This document shows, piece by piece, positions 12,795 through 26,460 of a DNA stretch of 64,000 nucleotides. Source of the DNA: Bugula neritina. Taxonomy: Eukaryota > Animalia > Bryozoa. The first letter of the stretch is position 1. The number at the start of each line of letters is the position of its first letter. The DNA lies in the NCBI GenBank assembly GCA_964035545.1, contig OZ037772.1:1302001-1366000 (forward strand), written 5' to 3'. The notes under the pieces are model-generated. The model ran no database searches. It was not told the origin of the DNA and worked only from the letters and a program-made list of their open reading frames with translations. The translations under genes and the position numbers were made by a program.

Positions 12795-15669
12795 AGCAAC
12801 ACAAAGGGTTGACACCATAATTTAGAATGAAGGAAGATTCTGTTTTCACCTGAAGAAGGTAGAAGCTGTTGGGTGGTCCTGTGTTCAATAGATGAGAGAT
12901 TATCTCGGTATATGGTGTACGCATCATCAGATATGGGAGTGAGTCCTTGGTGGTCACATTTGAAGAAAGAGAAAGGTTCTGGTACTCTGTGGGTTAAGTA
13001 CAGTACATCGATTCAGATATGTAAAGATTTGATGGATATAAGGGTTTGGCTACTGTGAGCTAGCCAACTATACTATGTATTGTACAGAAAGAAACAATTT
13101 CTCTCTCGTATACAATGGCACATATTCACATATATCTTTATTGTATACTGTGGTGTTACTAACTGGTCAATATTAATACAGTCTCTGCCCCCACTACTAT
13201 AAACCATATGTAAAACTAGTAACATTTCTGTCAATATCCATTAATAACATTCTGAGAACAGCGTGTATATAAATGATAACTTTTTACCAGTAAATATTTC
13301 TACTGTAAGAACAGCTCACAGGAAATCCAGGTTGTCGACTACTGACTCATGATTATCATAGTTGACTACTAGTAACCATGGTAACAACTAACATCCTATT
13401 ACTATCAAATGTTACTTGCTATCACCTGAATAAGTATCAGAATAGAGGGATAGTGTATGAATAATGTTGGCAGACAGCAGCCTACCAGTATGTCACTCTT
13501 AGTAACTGAGTCAATATACTGAGAAGTTACAGGGAGATGATACAATCCTTATATTTACTCTCTTGTACTAAACGAGGAACAAGAAAACTTGTGTTCTAGT
13601 GTGAACCAAAATCTCTACTTAGCTACAAACATAGCTGATACTCTCCCCTGTTTATATAATAAAATTGTAATCTAAAGAATACAAACACACTTTTCCTTAG
13701 TGGATGTCAGGACTGGACTACTCAAAGCTCTCACCAGTTTTAACTTCTCAGGAGCATTGAGGAACACGGTCTACAAAATACACCCACACATATCTAGAAC
13801 TACCCTCTATATTCACTAAACAGAGTTCCTCAGTCTATTCAGCATGATAGGACACACCCAGCAGGAAATAAACTCAAGGCTAAAACAGTTATCTGACTGC
13901 GAATCACACATTTTATGTTTCAACATTGCAGAACACATTTAATCAGCACACACTAGGCTAACTACAATCAGCTAGTCTCATGGTTCTCTCTCATACTACA
14001 GAGAGCTAAGTCTTTCTAACTGGTGGCCAGCTATAAAGTTCTGAGTATTTATATAGTGTGCCCATGAATTGTTAACAGGGTGGACTCAACTTCTTTAACC
14101 CCTTCGTCTCGAACTCTCTGTATAATACTTATATTATGGGGCGCAGTAGCTATGTATTTTTGTAAATTGAAAAAAAGTATTTAAATATACTCCAGTTGCA
14201 GTTTTATAATAGATTAGGAGACAACTAGCTAATGTTTAAATGAAAACATTTAATGGCCTACACCAAGCTTGAAAATAATTAGATATAAGCCCACCCCTTG
14301 TGCTAGTCACATATTCATATTCATAGCTTAAGTGAGCTGAAGCACACATCACAGTGGCTGATCATCACCACACACATTCTCACACTGTTCTCATGAGCTG
14401 CAGAGTCGTAAATATGCTCTCCTTCACATTGGTACTTGAACTCGTACTGAAAGTGTTGCTCATAACTGTTCATATTGACACTGACATTATGAAGTTAGTA
14501 GTGATATTTCATTTTCAATAGTAGGGCTTTTAGATGGTATCGATCCATCCACAATGAGAAATACTTGCAAATGTTGATAAATTATTGTATGATTGAATTG
14601 GTGAGTTATAATGTGTATCATTCAAATGTGAATACTGAACATGATCTGGTCACCTTGATTACCTCATATTGATTCATCGCAATTGTCAGTATAATTGTGC
14701 CATAGAGAATTCTATTAAGTTTGAGAATTGACATTCAGTTTCACATTGCTCATTCAGTGATCCATGCTTAGTGTCACATTGGCCTTTAGGCTTAAAGCAA
14801 CAAAATCTAACAGTAACACTATCTATAAGTATATTTATATTATTATCAAGTATTAGCATTATGACATAAAATTAAACTTAAAGCCTGTCAGTTATAGTGT
14901 CTATGAAATTAAATCCAAAAATAAAAAAAAACAAAAATAACAACTTTTATTCACGCTTCAACTTTCAAAACGAAGACTAAGTTCAACTCAACGAGGTAAG
15001 AGATGATCATTTAATCAGTTAATCACAATGCCTAGTATGTTATCACATTCACGCAAGCTTTCACTGTGAATCACAATGATTATGAGTATGATTTAATGAG
15101 TATGGCAATCCCAACGACAATAAGTATAACATTAACTGTGAGTGTGAGTGACTGACTGAGTGTGACTGATAAGAGCCAGGCCAATGCCAGGGGCAATCGC
15201 AATCACAATCGGTATGACTGAATCATTATCAGTATAAGTATTACAATCACAAAGTCAAATGACAATGCCAATAGCACTATCAATATAATATTGAATTGAA
15301 TTTTGAATGCGAATATCAAATAGCACCCTCTTACTATTACTATTAGTTATTAGTATTAGTATTGCTATTAGTATTACTTACAACTTGCTTATGCAAGAGA
15401 ATTAAATCTTTAAAGCGTAGCATCCTTTTCAAGCAAAATAAGGATAATAAGTTTCGTCAAATTGAGTTAAAAACTACAACTTATAAGTCACATGTATTAA
15501 GCAACTCATGCTCAGTCATCACTAATCCTAGTGGGTACGGCAAGCATATAGCATAATTTATTTTACAATGCTACAAGATTATCTAGACGGTGCGCTTACG
15601 CCTCTCATTCTACTTAAGCAATATCCAATTGTATGGTTTTTATGACTTTAAAATCCGTTTTTGAGAAGC

Positions 15670-17401
<1,732 letters not shown>

Positions 17402-17800
17402 TGAGAAGCAAGGCTAGATAGAAATTAATGATCGATATTGACTCGCTAAGAGTACTCATGTAAACCCGCAAACTACAACTTTTAACCCGACCGCAAAGCT
17501 GGAAGTACGATAAGCGTCGCCGTATTGATTTCAGGCGAATTTTAGTTGATTTCTTTCAAACTGCTGAGAAGTGATATTTGCTTCCATTTTATGTCTGTAT
17601 CAGCCATCAGGGCTATCGCGATACAATTATAAATGTTCTTAATTCAATCAATATTATGAAATAATTAATGTAGGAAATTCAATTTTGACTATATAGAATA
17701 ATCTCAATCTGAATAAGTATTATTTATTTATTGTAACACTTGCACTTCGTCTTACTCTTACTCTTACAGTTGTGAGTTACTCTTAGTCAAATAACATTAA

Positions 17801-20800
17801 AGGCGGTAAGCTTCCAGGTTATTTATTACATTTGAGCAAAAGTTTGCATGCTTTTCAACTGTTTTATCGGCATTTTATCCAATTTCTTATACGAAAACAC
17901 TACAAAAATGTAAGTAAAAGTGGTCATATTAGGTGTCTTGGACTTGCCCAGACTTGCCCGCGAGCGTGCCCTCCGTGTCCTATTCTGACGTGGGGATGGC
18001 AAAATAGCCCTATTGTAGCGTGAGTTTATATCGCGTAAAGTTATTAAGAAGCGGGTTTGTCACAGATTCTCGTTATTCGTAGTTCAAATCACATGAATGT
18101 TACTCTTCGGGCGGCTACTAATAACTAACGTTAGCTACGCAACATCAAGAAAGGTAACTAATTTGACTGTTTTCAAATGGACTATTCCATTTCGCTAGTT
18201 TGTAACTTGCTGTAAATCACAAAATAATTATTTTCCCTATTTTAATTTCAATTATCATGTCGACCACACTACCAGAAAATTACTCTTAAATATGCAGTAA
18301 ATGATGATTTTCAACCGTTTTGTGATGAATTATAGGTTAGTAGTTGTCTACGTAAAACCAAGTTTTAAAATTTGTAACTGAATCAGTGAAACTGAATCAC
18401 AGTATCAGTATGACTATGAGTATCACTAGTCTATCACTATGTCTATGACTCTCACTCTAACTCTAAGTCTATGACTGTCGCCTATTGGTGAACTATTATT
18501 AATAATATTCAATGGTTATATTTATTAATACTATTATCAGTCATAATGATAATCATATGACAGTATCAGTATGTTAATGTTACGGAGCAGAATCAGTTTC
18601 GAAACTAATACTTATAATATTAGTTATAACTATAAGTATAAGTTATACCAATAGCTATATTTATATTAATATAAATATTTATATTCATAGTAATACTAAT
18701 AACAAATGTAAAATTATTATGTTAATAGTTATACTTGTAAGTTATAATATAAAACAAACGACACAAGTATTAATTTGAACTGCTGGTCTTAAAATAAAAA
18801 GTAAAATAAATAATAATATAAATAATAAAATATAAATTATAATAATTTAATTATACTAATACTAATAGCAATACTTATACAGTAATATAATTATAATAAA
18901 TTTATAAAACTTAAACAACTTTAAATTTAAGGAACAACTTTAAATACAAACAAAGATAATATTAAATAATTATAATCATAATGATCATAACAATAAATAT
19001 AATTATGATTCCAATAATTATCAATATATTATATAATATTTAAATTATTTTAATTTATAATTATAATCATAAATTTTATAGTTATAGTGAATAAATTCAA
19101 TTTGACATAACTATAATATTATAAAGCAGTCAGCCTATCTCTAATGCTGATTGAAATTCAGATTGTTATGACTGTATCATTATTCACTAACTCTAAGAGT
19201 AAGTGGCTACAATTATTAGTATCAATGTTGTGTTAGAGTACTATACCCATTGGAATTTTGATATATCCATTATATTTACAACTCTGCCTGTTACAGCCAT
19301 TAATAAATTGAACCAAAATACCAACAGTGCCTAATCATCGCCTTATTTATAAAATAATCACAATCATAATGCTCAAGTTAATAGATTGGAAATTATTGAA
19401 AATTATGTTGATGCCAATATAAATATGACATTGTATGCATCCAAGTAGTGATGTTGTAATATATCTTGGAAGATAATTACATTATAATAAGAGTTAAATT
19501 CCTTTTTTGCAATTATTCCTTAGAATAACTATAACTTATACTCCTAACATTTAATAGCGCATTAGTTTTAGATTGAGCTACTAATTGTATTTATTGCATG
19601 TGAAAGTTAGTTATTCTCCGCCAGCTGCATGAATGTGACTGGTAAATTTTGTAACCTTTGGCAGTAATAACTTTGTAGCATAAATTAGACACATTTTTAT
19701 GAAAGTACATAATTTTAATGCTATAGCTGCTAGTAATTCTAATGGGTGTAATAATATTACTTTCACTAGCATTAATTTTTACTTTGTTCATGCTTCATAA
19801 AGCATTTTCTAAATTCTTTTTTGAATAAATATACATATAATGCGCTGAATAGATTACATATGTTGGGGTTCTTCCTATACTGCAGCTCAGCCTACACTCC
19901 CCGCCACAAATGTTCCTAAACTACTAGCTTCATCAGGATACAGATTGATGGAGCTGTATTGATAAAAACTTCTCTTTTTAGCAGTAGAGGCATCATGAAA
20001 AAAAAGGCAAGTATTTTACTCAATAAGAATTCGGTTTTTTACTTCTACAAATTTGATAGCCTACACGATTCTATTTAAATGGAAACTGGTCTGACATAAT
20101 GTGTCTGCAATTTATTAGTTATAATATAGTAAATACTATGCAGGCCTATAGATCAAATGGCTCAAAAAAAATTAAATAAAACATTACACAATGCTGTATT
20201 TATTAGCAATGTAATACTTAGCAACTAATTTCACATTATTATTGTTTGCAAAGTTTCATACATTTGTTCAATTCAGTGTTCTGAAGTAGAAGGTTCCAAC
20301 AGCAGGGAAAAGCCTTGAACAAGATATTATGTTCTACATCTCCAACTCATTTTAACTTTGCTGGTCAGTTCATTGTGTATCTGGAGCATAGTTTTGTATT
20401 TTCAAGTAGTCCATCAGATACCTTTGTAGATAGTAAAGATTAAAATGCTTGTGCAATGATGTCCATAATGTTGAACCGATTTATTGAAACTAAAACTGTT
20501 CTTAATTATAACAAAACTTGACAATCTTTACATAAAGAATAATGTCCTATAATCTATCTTCATTGTGAACAAAATTAGAAAGTTCCACACCAGCAAATTG
20601 TTTATCATCATCTGTAGGTGGAAGACGCGTGCACTTAGTTATAAAGGCAAGCTGACAGTGGTTTTCTTTGCCTTCTATGAAGATTTGGAAAGAGCCAGAA
20701 AATTAATACTCTATAACTGCAAAACCATGTTGTAGTGTCTTGTGTTATTGATTGAATCATCTAAAAGAAAAATTGTTGTATCATTATAATTTTACTGTTA

Positions 20801-23041
20801 ATGAATTAGCAAATCTACTTATCTTGGTAAATATATTCAAGAACAAATACTATAGTGTAACTCAGTTTTGGTTATGTGTATGCTCCTTAAGCAAATTTAC
20901 AGCAGATATCAAACTATATATTAGAGACTGATATAGGAATTAAATTTAAGCTAACCATGATGATGTAAATAGCTGTTGTATGTGACTTCGAGAACTCTGC
21001 TGGCCATGTCAGTTCAAATACACCAGGGTGATCTGTTACGAATTTCATGTCATTATTAAAATTCAGCTTTTTCAAGTGCCTCTTCACAACTCTGGCAGCA
21101 TTCTGACTGCTCCTTAGCTTTCTGCGCCTGAAATTTCTTCTACTTGCACCATTCTTCTATTGGTGGAATGTTAGCCTATAACAAACAGGTGTACCAAAGC
21201 TAAAAAAATATCTAATTCACTGCACTAGGATATTATTCAACTCATTTAAATTTAATATATAGCAGTAAAACAATCACATAATTGTTTTTATTTTATCAGC
21301 TTTACTTTACAAAGCTGAACCATATAATTTAGTAACTTGTCACCATAATAAACTTTGTACAACATACAAATTGAAAACCTGATGTGATTGCTTTTTTAAT
21401 AGAATATACATCAAAAACATGTTACTTTGATAAGCGTGTTTATAATAAAAGTATTAAACCAGTTTGAAAAAATTATTTTGTTATATAAGGGATCACAAAA
21501 CTACATCATTTTAGACCTGTAGCTCAATGTTCCTCAAGCAACGGGCTGCTATGACTAATTAATTTTCTATCATTGCATTTGATTGTTCTACTCATAGTGT
21601 ATTGGCAAATTAAAATTATTGGTAATTTAATGTATATTTTAGCTACCTCTGTACAATCAATGTCATAGTAATATCAATTAGGTTTTAAATTTCACTGAGT
21701 TTATAGTAAATTACTGCAACCGTTACATAACATTTGGCTAGTTCTCTAGTTCATTAAATAACCATACGAACTTAAATTTACAACATGACAAAACACACAA
21801 AGCAAAATTAAAATAAGCATATTATGAACCAATGTAAATGATAAGCGATAATGCTGTTATAAAACATAAATTATCAAATTGAAATAGTTATTATTACTAT
21901 TAGTATTACTATCATTATAACAACTATAACTATTATTAGTATTACTATTAGTATTAGCAAATTAGTAGTAAAAAATGAGTAGAGCTCAACATATACAATC
22001 TAGCTTACTATAAAAGTAGAAGTAGAACTTTTAAAACTATCATCTGCATCATTATCAGAACTATGAGTAATACTAGTAGTTGTACTAATAGTAATACTAA
22101 TTATTAATACTAATAGTATCACTATGAGTATGAGACTTGGGCTGGCAGTGATTATCACTATCAGTATGAGTATCACTTATCAGCATCGTCATAGTCAAAA
22201 GTTACAAGAATTAGAAGCCATATTCATATTCATAGTAATAGTCAATCATTGATTGAGTAAATGTCATAGTGATACTCATACTCATAATTAATTTATACGA
22301 TACTCATACTCATAGTGATAGTGATACTTCACCGTGAATTTAATAATAATTTTAATTTAATATAAATATTATTATTATCATTGTTGCTAATATTATGTCT
22401 TACTCTTAGTCTAACAGCAGCTCTATGAAGAAGTTAAACATAACTGATAACAAAACAAATTTAAAAAATAATACTGCAACAATCAATATAATGTATATCA
22501 ATATGCTAGCAACCTAATTTTCAGCTCACTTCATTAACTTTCCGTGCAGTATTGTGAATTGTGATGAAATAAATTTATTAATGGTGACCTTGACATCTTC
22601 GTCCAAATGCCTTTCACGTCAAGCCCCGAACCAATTTGTAAAAATTTTGGATTTTTTACTTTTGATTATTTTTTACGAAAAGAGCTTCAAAATAAATTAA
22701 AAAAAAAGTGAGCTGTTGTCCACATGAAAAGAAATATATGAGCTAATTTTCTAAATTCAGGAAGTTACCAGAGGGTCACAATATTTTTTTAAAAAAATCT
22801 TTATTTTCACGACAAGCTCTATATATTAATATAGAAAAAAAGAAGACAACTCTTTTTTCAGATTTTTCATGTGCCACGGTCACGTCAATATCAGTGCTAT
22901 TAACACATATATTTTAATTCATTTTTTCTGGTATATTGAGTTGAGATTTTTTGTATATATTTTGTGAATGCTACTAAAAAAGTATGATCTTTTAATTAAC
23001 AGTAATTGATTTTATCAAAATAACCTGGATGCTTACGATGT
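17801..23041. mobile_element. Internally deleted Kolobok-like DNA transposon
   Basis: TTAA at 17797-17800 and 23042-23045; imperfect 24-bp TIR aggcggtaagcttccaggttattt / aaataacctggatgcttacgatgt; carries decayed Cys-rich exons on the minus strand (20591-21175) and a possible transposase N-terminal trace SGYRLMEL on the plus strand (~19930). Confidence 0.65.
20591..21175 (-). pseudogene. Decayed P2X7-C-terminal (ballast)-like / KolX-type Cys-rich domain gene, two exons
   Basis: Exon 20956-21175 reads EEWCK*KKFQ...SECCQ.../FVTDHPG.../RVLEVTYNSYLHHH. Exon 20591-20760 reads FCSYRVLIFWLFPNLHRRQRKPLSACLY.../DDDKQFAG. This matches the pattern WCxCxxC...CC...ITxHPGF...YRxxxxW...RxPLPxC. GT-AG borders present; contains stops and frameshifts. 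Confidence 0.65.
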
Positions 23042-23919
23042 TTAAGTGATTAACATACTCATACTCAATCTCCAACTCAATCTCATACTGAGTCTGATAC
23101 TCATAGTCATAGCGATAGTCTTTGCCAGATTATTGCTAGATAATTTAGGCTAGTACTAGTACTACTACTAGTAGTAGTACTACTAGTACTAATAATCACA
23201 GTACTAATAGTAATAGTATTAGAGTAATACTAATACTAATACTAATAGTAATACTACCACTAGTAGTAGCAGTAGTGCTGGTAGTAGTAGGCTACATGAT
23301 GATGATCATTATGATTATGAAGATGGTTATTACTATAACTATTACGGTATGAGTATAACTATAACTGTATTAGTATTTGATTTTATTTTGCATTGCTAAT
23401 TGAAGACCATGCGTTAAAATTAACTGTTTCTCTCTTTTCTCTACATTTCAAGTTGCACACTAATAGACATATATGCTTTCAAATTTTTTGGTCTATCTTT
23501 AAGTTGTGAAACTTGACCAGTATGACTACAACTAACTGTAACTAGAATAAAATATTGGATGATAGAGAAGTTCCATACAGTTACACCTCCTTTGACTTGT
23601 GCTACCGTCGGTAGTGCTAAAAGAGTGGAGCCAAAGAAAAGCATAATCACAGAATTCACAGCCTGCTGGTTTGAGATTTTTGTGGTCTAGAGATTGTACT
23701 GGGTTACAGAGATCTTTTTCCCGTCTGTGAATTTTTGATCCCTGCCGTTGTTTCTGACTGTGAGTAGTTGGAGGTGTTGAGGGAGTGGGCTCACTGGGTA
23801 GGCTATATTATTGTAATCATATTAACCAACTTGACAGTTTACTAATTCATTGTCTAACTCTGTCTGTCTTAGTCTAGTAACACTATTTATTTATTTATTT
23901 ACTTAATAATTTTATTAAA

Positions 23920-25170
23920 TTACTAGTTTATATTACCAAGTTATATTACTAGTTTATGTTACCAAGTTATATCACTATTTTATGTTACCAAGTTAAATTA
24001 CTAGTTTATATTACCAAGTTATATTACTAGTTTATATCACCAAGTTATATTACTAGTTTATGTTACCAAGTTATATTACTAGTTTATATTACCAAGTTAT
24101 CTTACTAGTTTATGTTACCAAGTTATATTACTAGTTTATGTTACCAAGTTACATTACTAGTTTATATTACCAAGTTATATTACTAGTTTATGTTACCAAG
24201 TTATATTACTAGTTTATGTTACCAAGTTATATTACTAGTTTATATTACCAAGTTATATTGTCAGTTTATATTACCAAGTTATCTTACTAGTTTATATTAC
24301 CAAGTTATATTACCAGTTTATGTTACCAAGTTATATTACTAGTTGATGCTACCAAGTTGTATTACTAGTTTATATTACCAAGTTATACTACCAAGTTATA
24401 TTACTAGTTTATGTTACGAAGTTATATTAGTAGTTTATGTTACCAAGTTATATTACTAGTTTATATTACCAAGTTATATCACTAGTTTATGTTACCAAAT
24501 TAAATTACTAGTTTATATTACCAAGTTATACTACCAAGTTATATTACTAGTTTATATTACCAAGTTATATTACTAGTTAATGTTACCAAGTTATATTACT
24601 AGTTTATGTTACCAAGTTATATTACTAGTTTATGTTATCAAGTTATATTACTAGTTTATGTTACCAAGTTACATTACTAGTTTATGTTACCAAGTTATAT
24701 TACCAGTTTATGTTACCAAGTTATATTACCAGTTTATGTAACCAAGTTATATTACTAGTTTATATTACCAAGTTATATTATCAGTTTATGTTACCAAGTT
24801 ATATTACTAGTTTATATTACCAAGTTATATTACTAGTTTATGTTACCAAGTTATATTACTAGTTTATGTTACCAAGTTACATTACTAGTTTATATTACCA
24901 AGTTATATTAATAGTTGATATTACCAAGTTATATTACTAGTTTATATTACCAAGTTATATTACTAGTTTATATTACCAAGTTATATTAATAGTTGATATT
25001 ACCAAGTTATATTACTAGTTTATATTACCAAGTTATATTACTAGTTTATATTACCAAGTTATATTACTAGCTTATGTTACCAAGTTACATTACTAGTTTA
25101 TATTACCAAGTTATATTACTAGTTTATATCACCAAGTTATATTACTAGTTTATATCACCAAGTTATATAA
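23920..25170. repeat. 26-bp minisatellite (two 13-bp halves), ~48 copies
   Basis: Unit ttatattactagt-ttatgttaccaag; ends in the hairpin gtttatatcaccaagtt-atata-aacttggtgatataaac. Confidence 0.95.
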
Positions 25171-26331
25171 ACTTGGTGATATAAACCATATATGGTATGA
25201 ACATATTTTATGGCAAACTGTTTCTATGATGCATGTAGCTGTATGCGTTTTATGACCATATTATATAACAGCAATGTGAATAACAGTTGATGAATATATG
25301 CATTTCTATGACCTTATAGCTGTATATTTCTTCATGACTGTATTTAGTAGTAAACTATCTCTTTGTTCATGATATAATATCTATTGAGCAAACTTTCTAT
25401 TACACATCAGGTCTACTCTGACAGTAGCCTGTATACGTATAGATATCATTTACTGACTGGATGTTTTTCCTAACATTGCCCATAGCCTTTTTCGTGGCTC
25501 GAACCTATTATTTCGTGTTTACTAGGCAAACCCTCGAACCCCTAGACCATGTCTGCCACATGTTATTTATTTATGTGGGTGTCAGTGTGAAGTTCCGGTT
25601 TGTAGGAGAACCTGGTTTAATTGGACCACAGGGACCCAGCGGACGAGACAGAGAAGATGGAGCTCCTGGTTTACAGGTATTTCACAAACTATTCTGAAAC
25701 TCATACTTTTATTGTTCATTGTCTATGTATTCTCCACCATATTTTTACTAGAAGTGAACTTTAATTCAGTAATAAGTTTAAAATAAATTGTTGTTTGGCA
25801 TTGTACAGTTTATTATTGCCTGAATCTTGTTATGAGAGTATTGACTGGCTTGACAATATCAGAGCAGCGACATGATTAGTTTAACAATATCAGTGCAGGG
25901 ATGTGATTGGCTTGACAGTATCAGAGTAGTGATGTGATTGGCTACTCTGTTCTGTTCTGCAGAGCCATGCCTGCTTGTATTATAGGTTAATCTTGTTTTG
26001 CAGTGAACAGAAAGGGAGAATGGGTCCCAAAAGACACCCGGGATCTTACAGAACTTATGGAGAGGAAGGGTTCACCCGATGTTGATGGCCTGCCTGGTAT
26101 ATCCGGCAATCCTGGAGGGGCAGGAGAAAGGAGACCACCTTGTTTTGCAGGAGATACCGGAGTTCTTGGAGAACCAGGTAATGTTTATGATCAATTGAGT
26201 TTAATCTGTCAAGTTATGTTGGGATCTTTTTCGTTTTCGTTATTTTATGTTTGTTACAAAGAAAAAAGGAAAAAACTCTGTCTCGGAGCATTTTTGTTTT
26301 TTTAGAGACCTTTGAATTATTTGATTATGGT

Positions 26332-26460
26332 CTACACAGGGGTGTAGACAGAATAAACTACACAGGGGTGTAGACAGACTAAGCTTGACAGGGGTGTAAA
26401 CAGACTAAACTACACAGGGGTGTAGAAAGACTAAACTACACAGGGCTGTAAACAGACTAA
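26332..26460. repeat. 26-bp minisatellite, 5 copies, hairpin-forming unit
   Basis: Unit ctacac-aggg-gtgtag-acagactaaa. Confidence 0.88.

Larger units (their letters stand above)
6361..13770 (-). pseudogene. Multi-exon gene for an uncharacterised Cys-containing helical protein, with apparent frame disruptions (probable pseudogene; 5' end not located)
   Basis: GT-AG-bounded exons on the minus strand: 13691-13770 (TVFLNAPEKLKLVRAL), 12850-12986 (VPEPFSFFKCDHQG), 11215-11315 (KHFLCDTDGVISSELIRL), 10276-10476, 9738-9845 (RKVFDCILRQCELG), 8937-9135, 8580-8723 (ALLSNIDKAVHDSTCGLLTAVLELCKLC), 7989-8100, 7495-7636, 7127-7312, and a tentative last exon 6361-6425. Most intron phases fit. Exon 8937-9135 is 1 nt short, exon 7495-7636 is 1 nt long, and the 10276/9845 phases disagree. 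Confidence 0.65.

Noticed and set aside
14095-14130. TTAA-CCCCTT piggyBac-like left end
   Set aside because: No matching right terminus or transposase remnant was found in the window.
23470-23790. Possible L1/Tx1-type endonuclease remnant on the minus strand (VRNNGRDQKFT...KGGVTVWNFS)
   Set aside because: The similarity is too weak to support by eye; it needs BLASTX.
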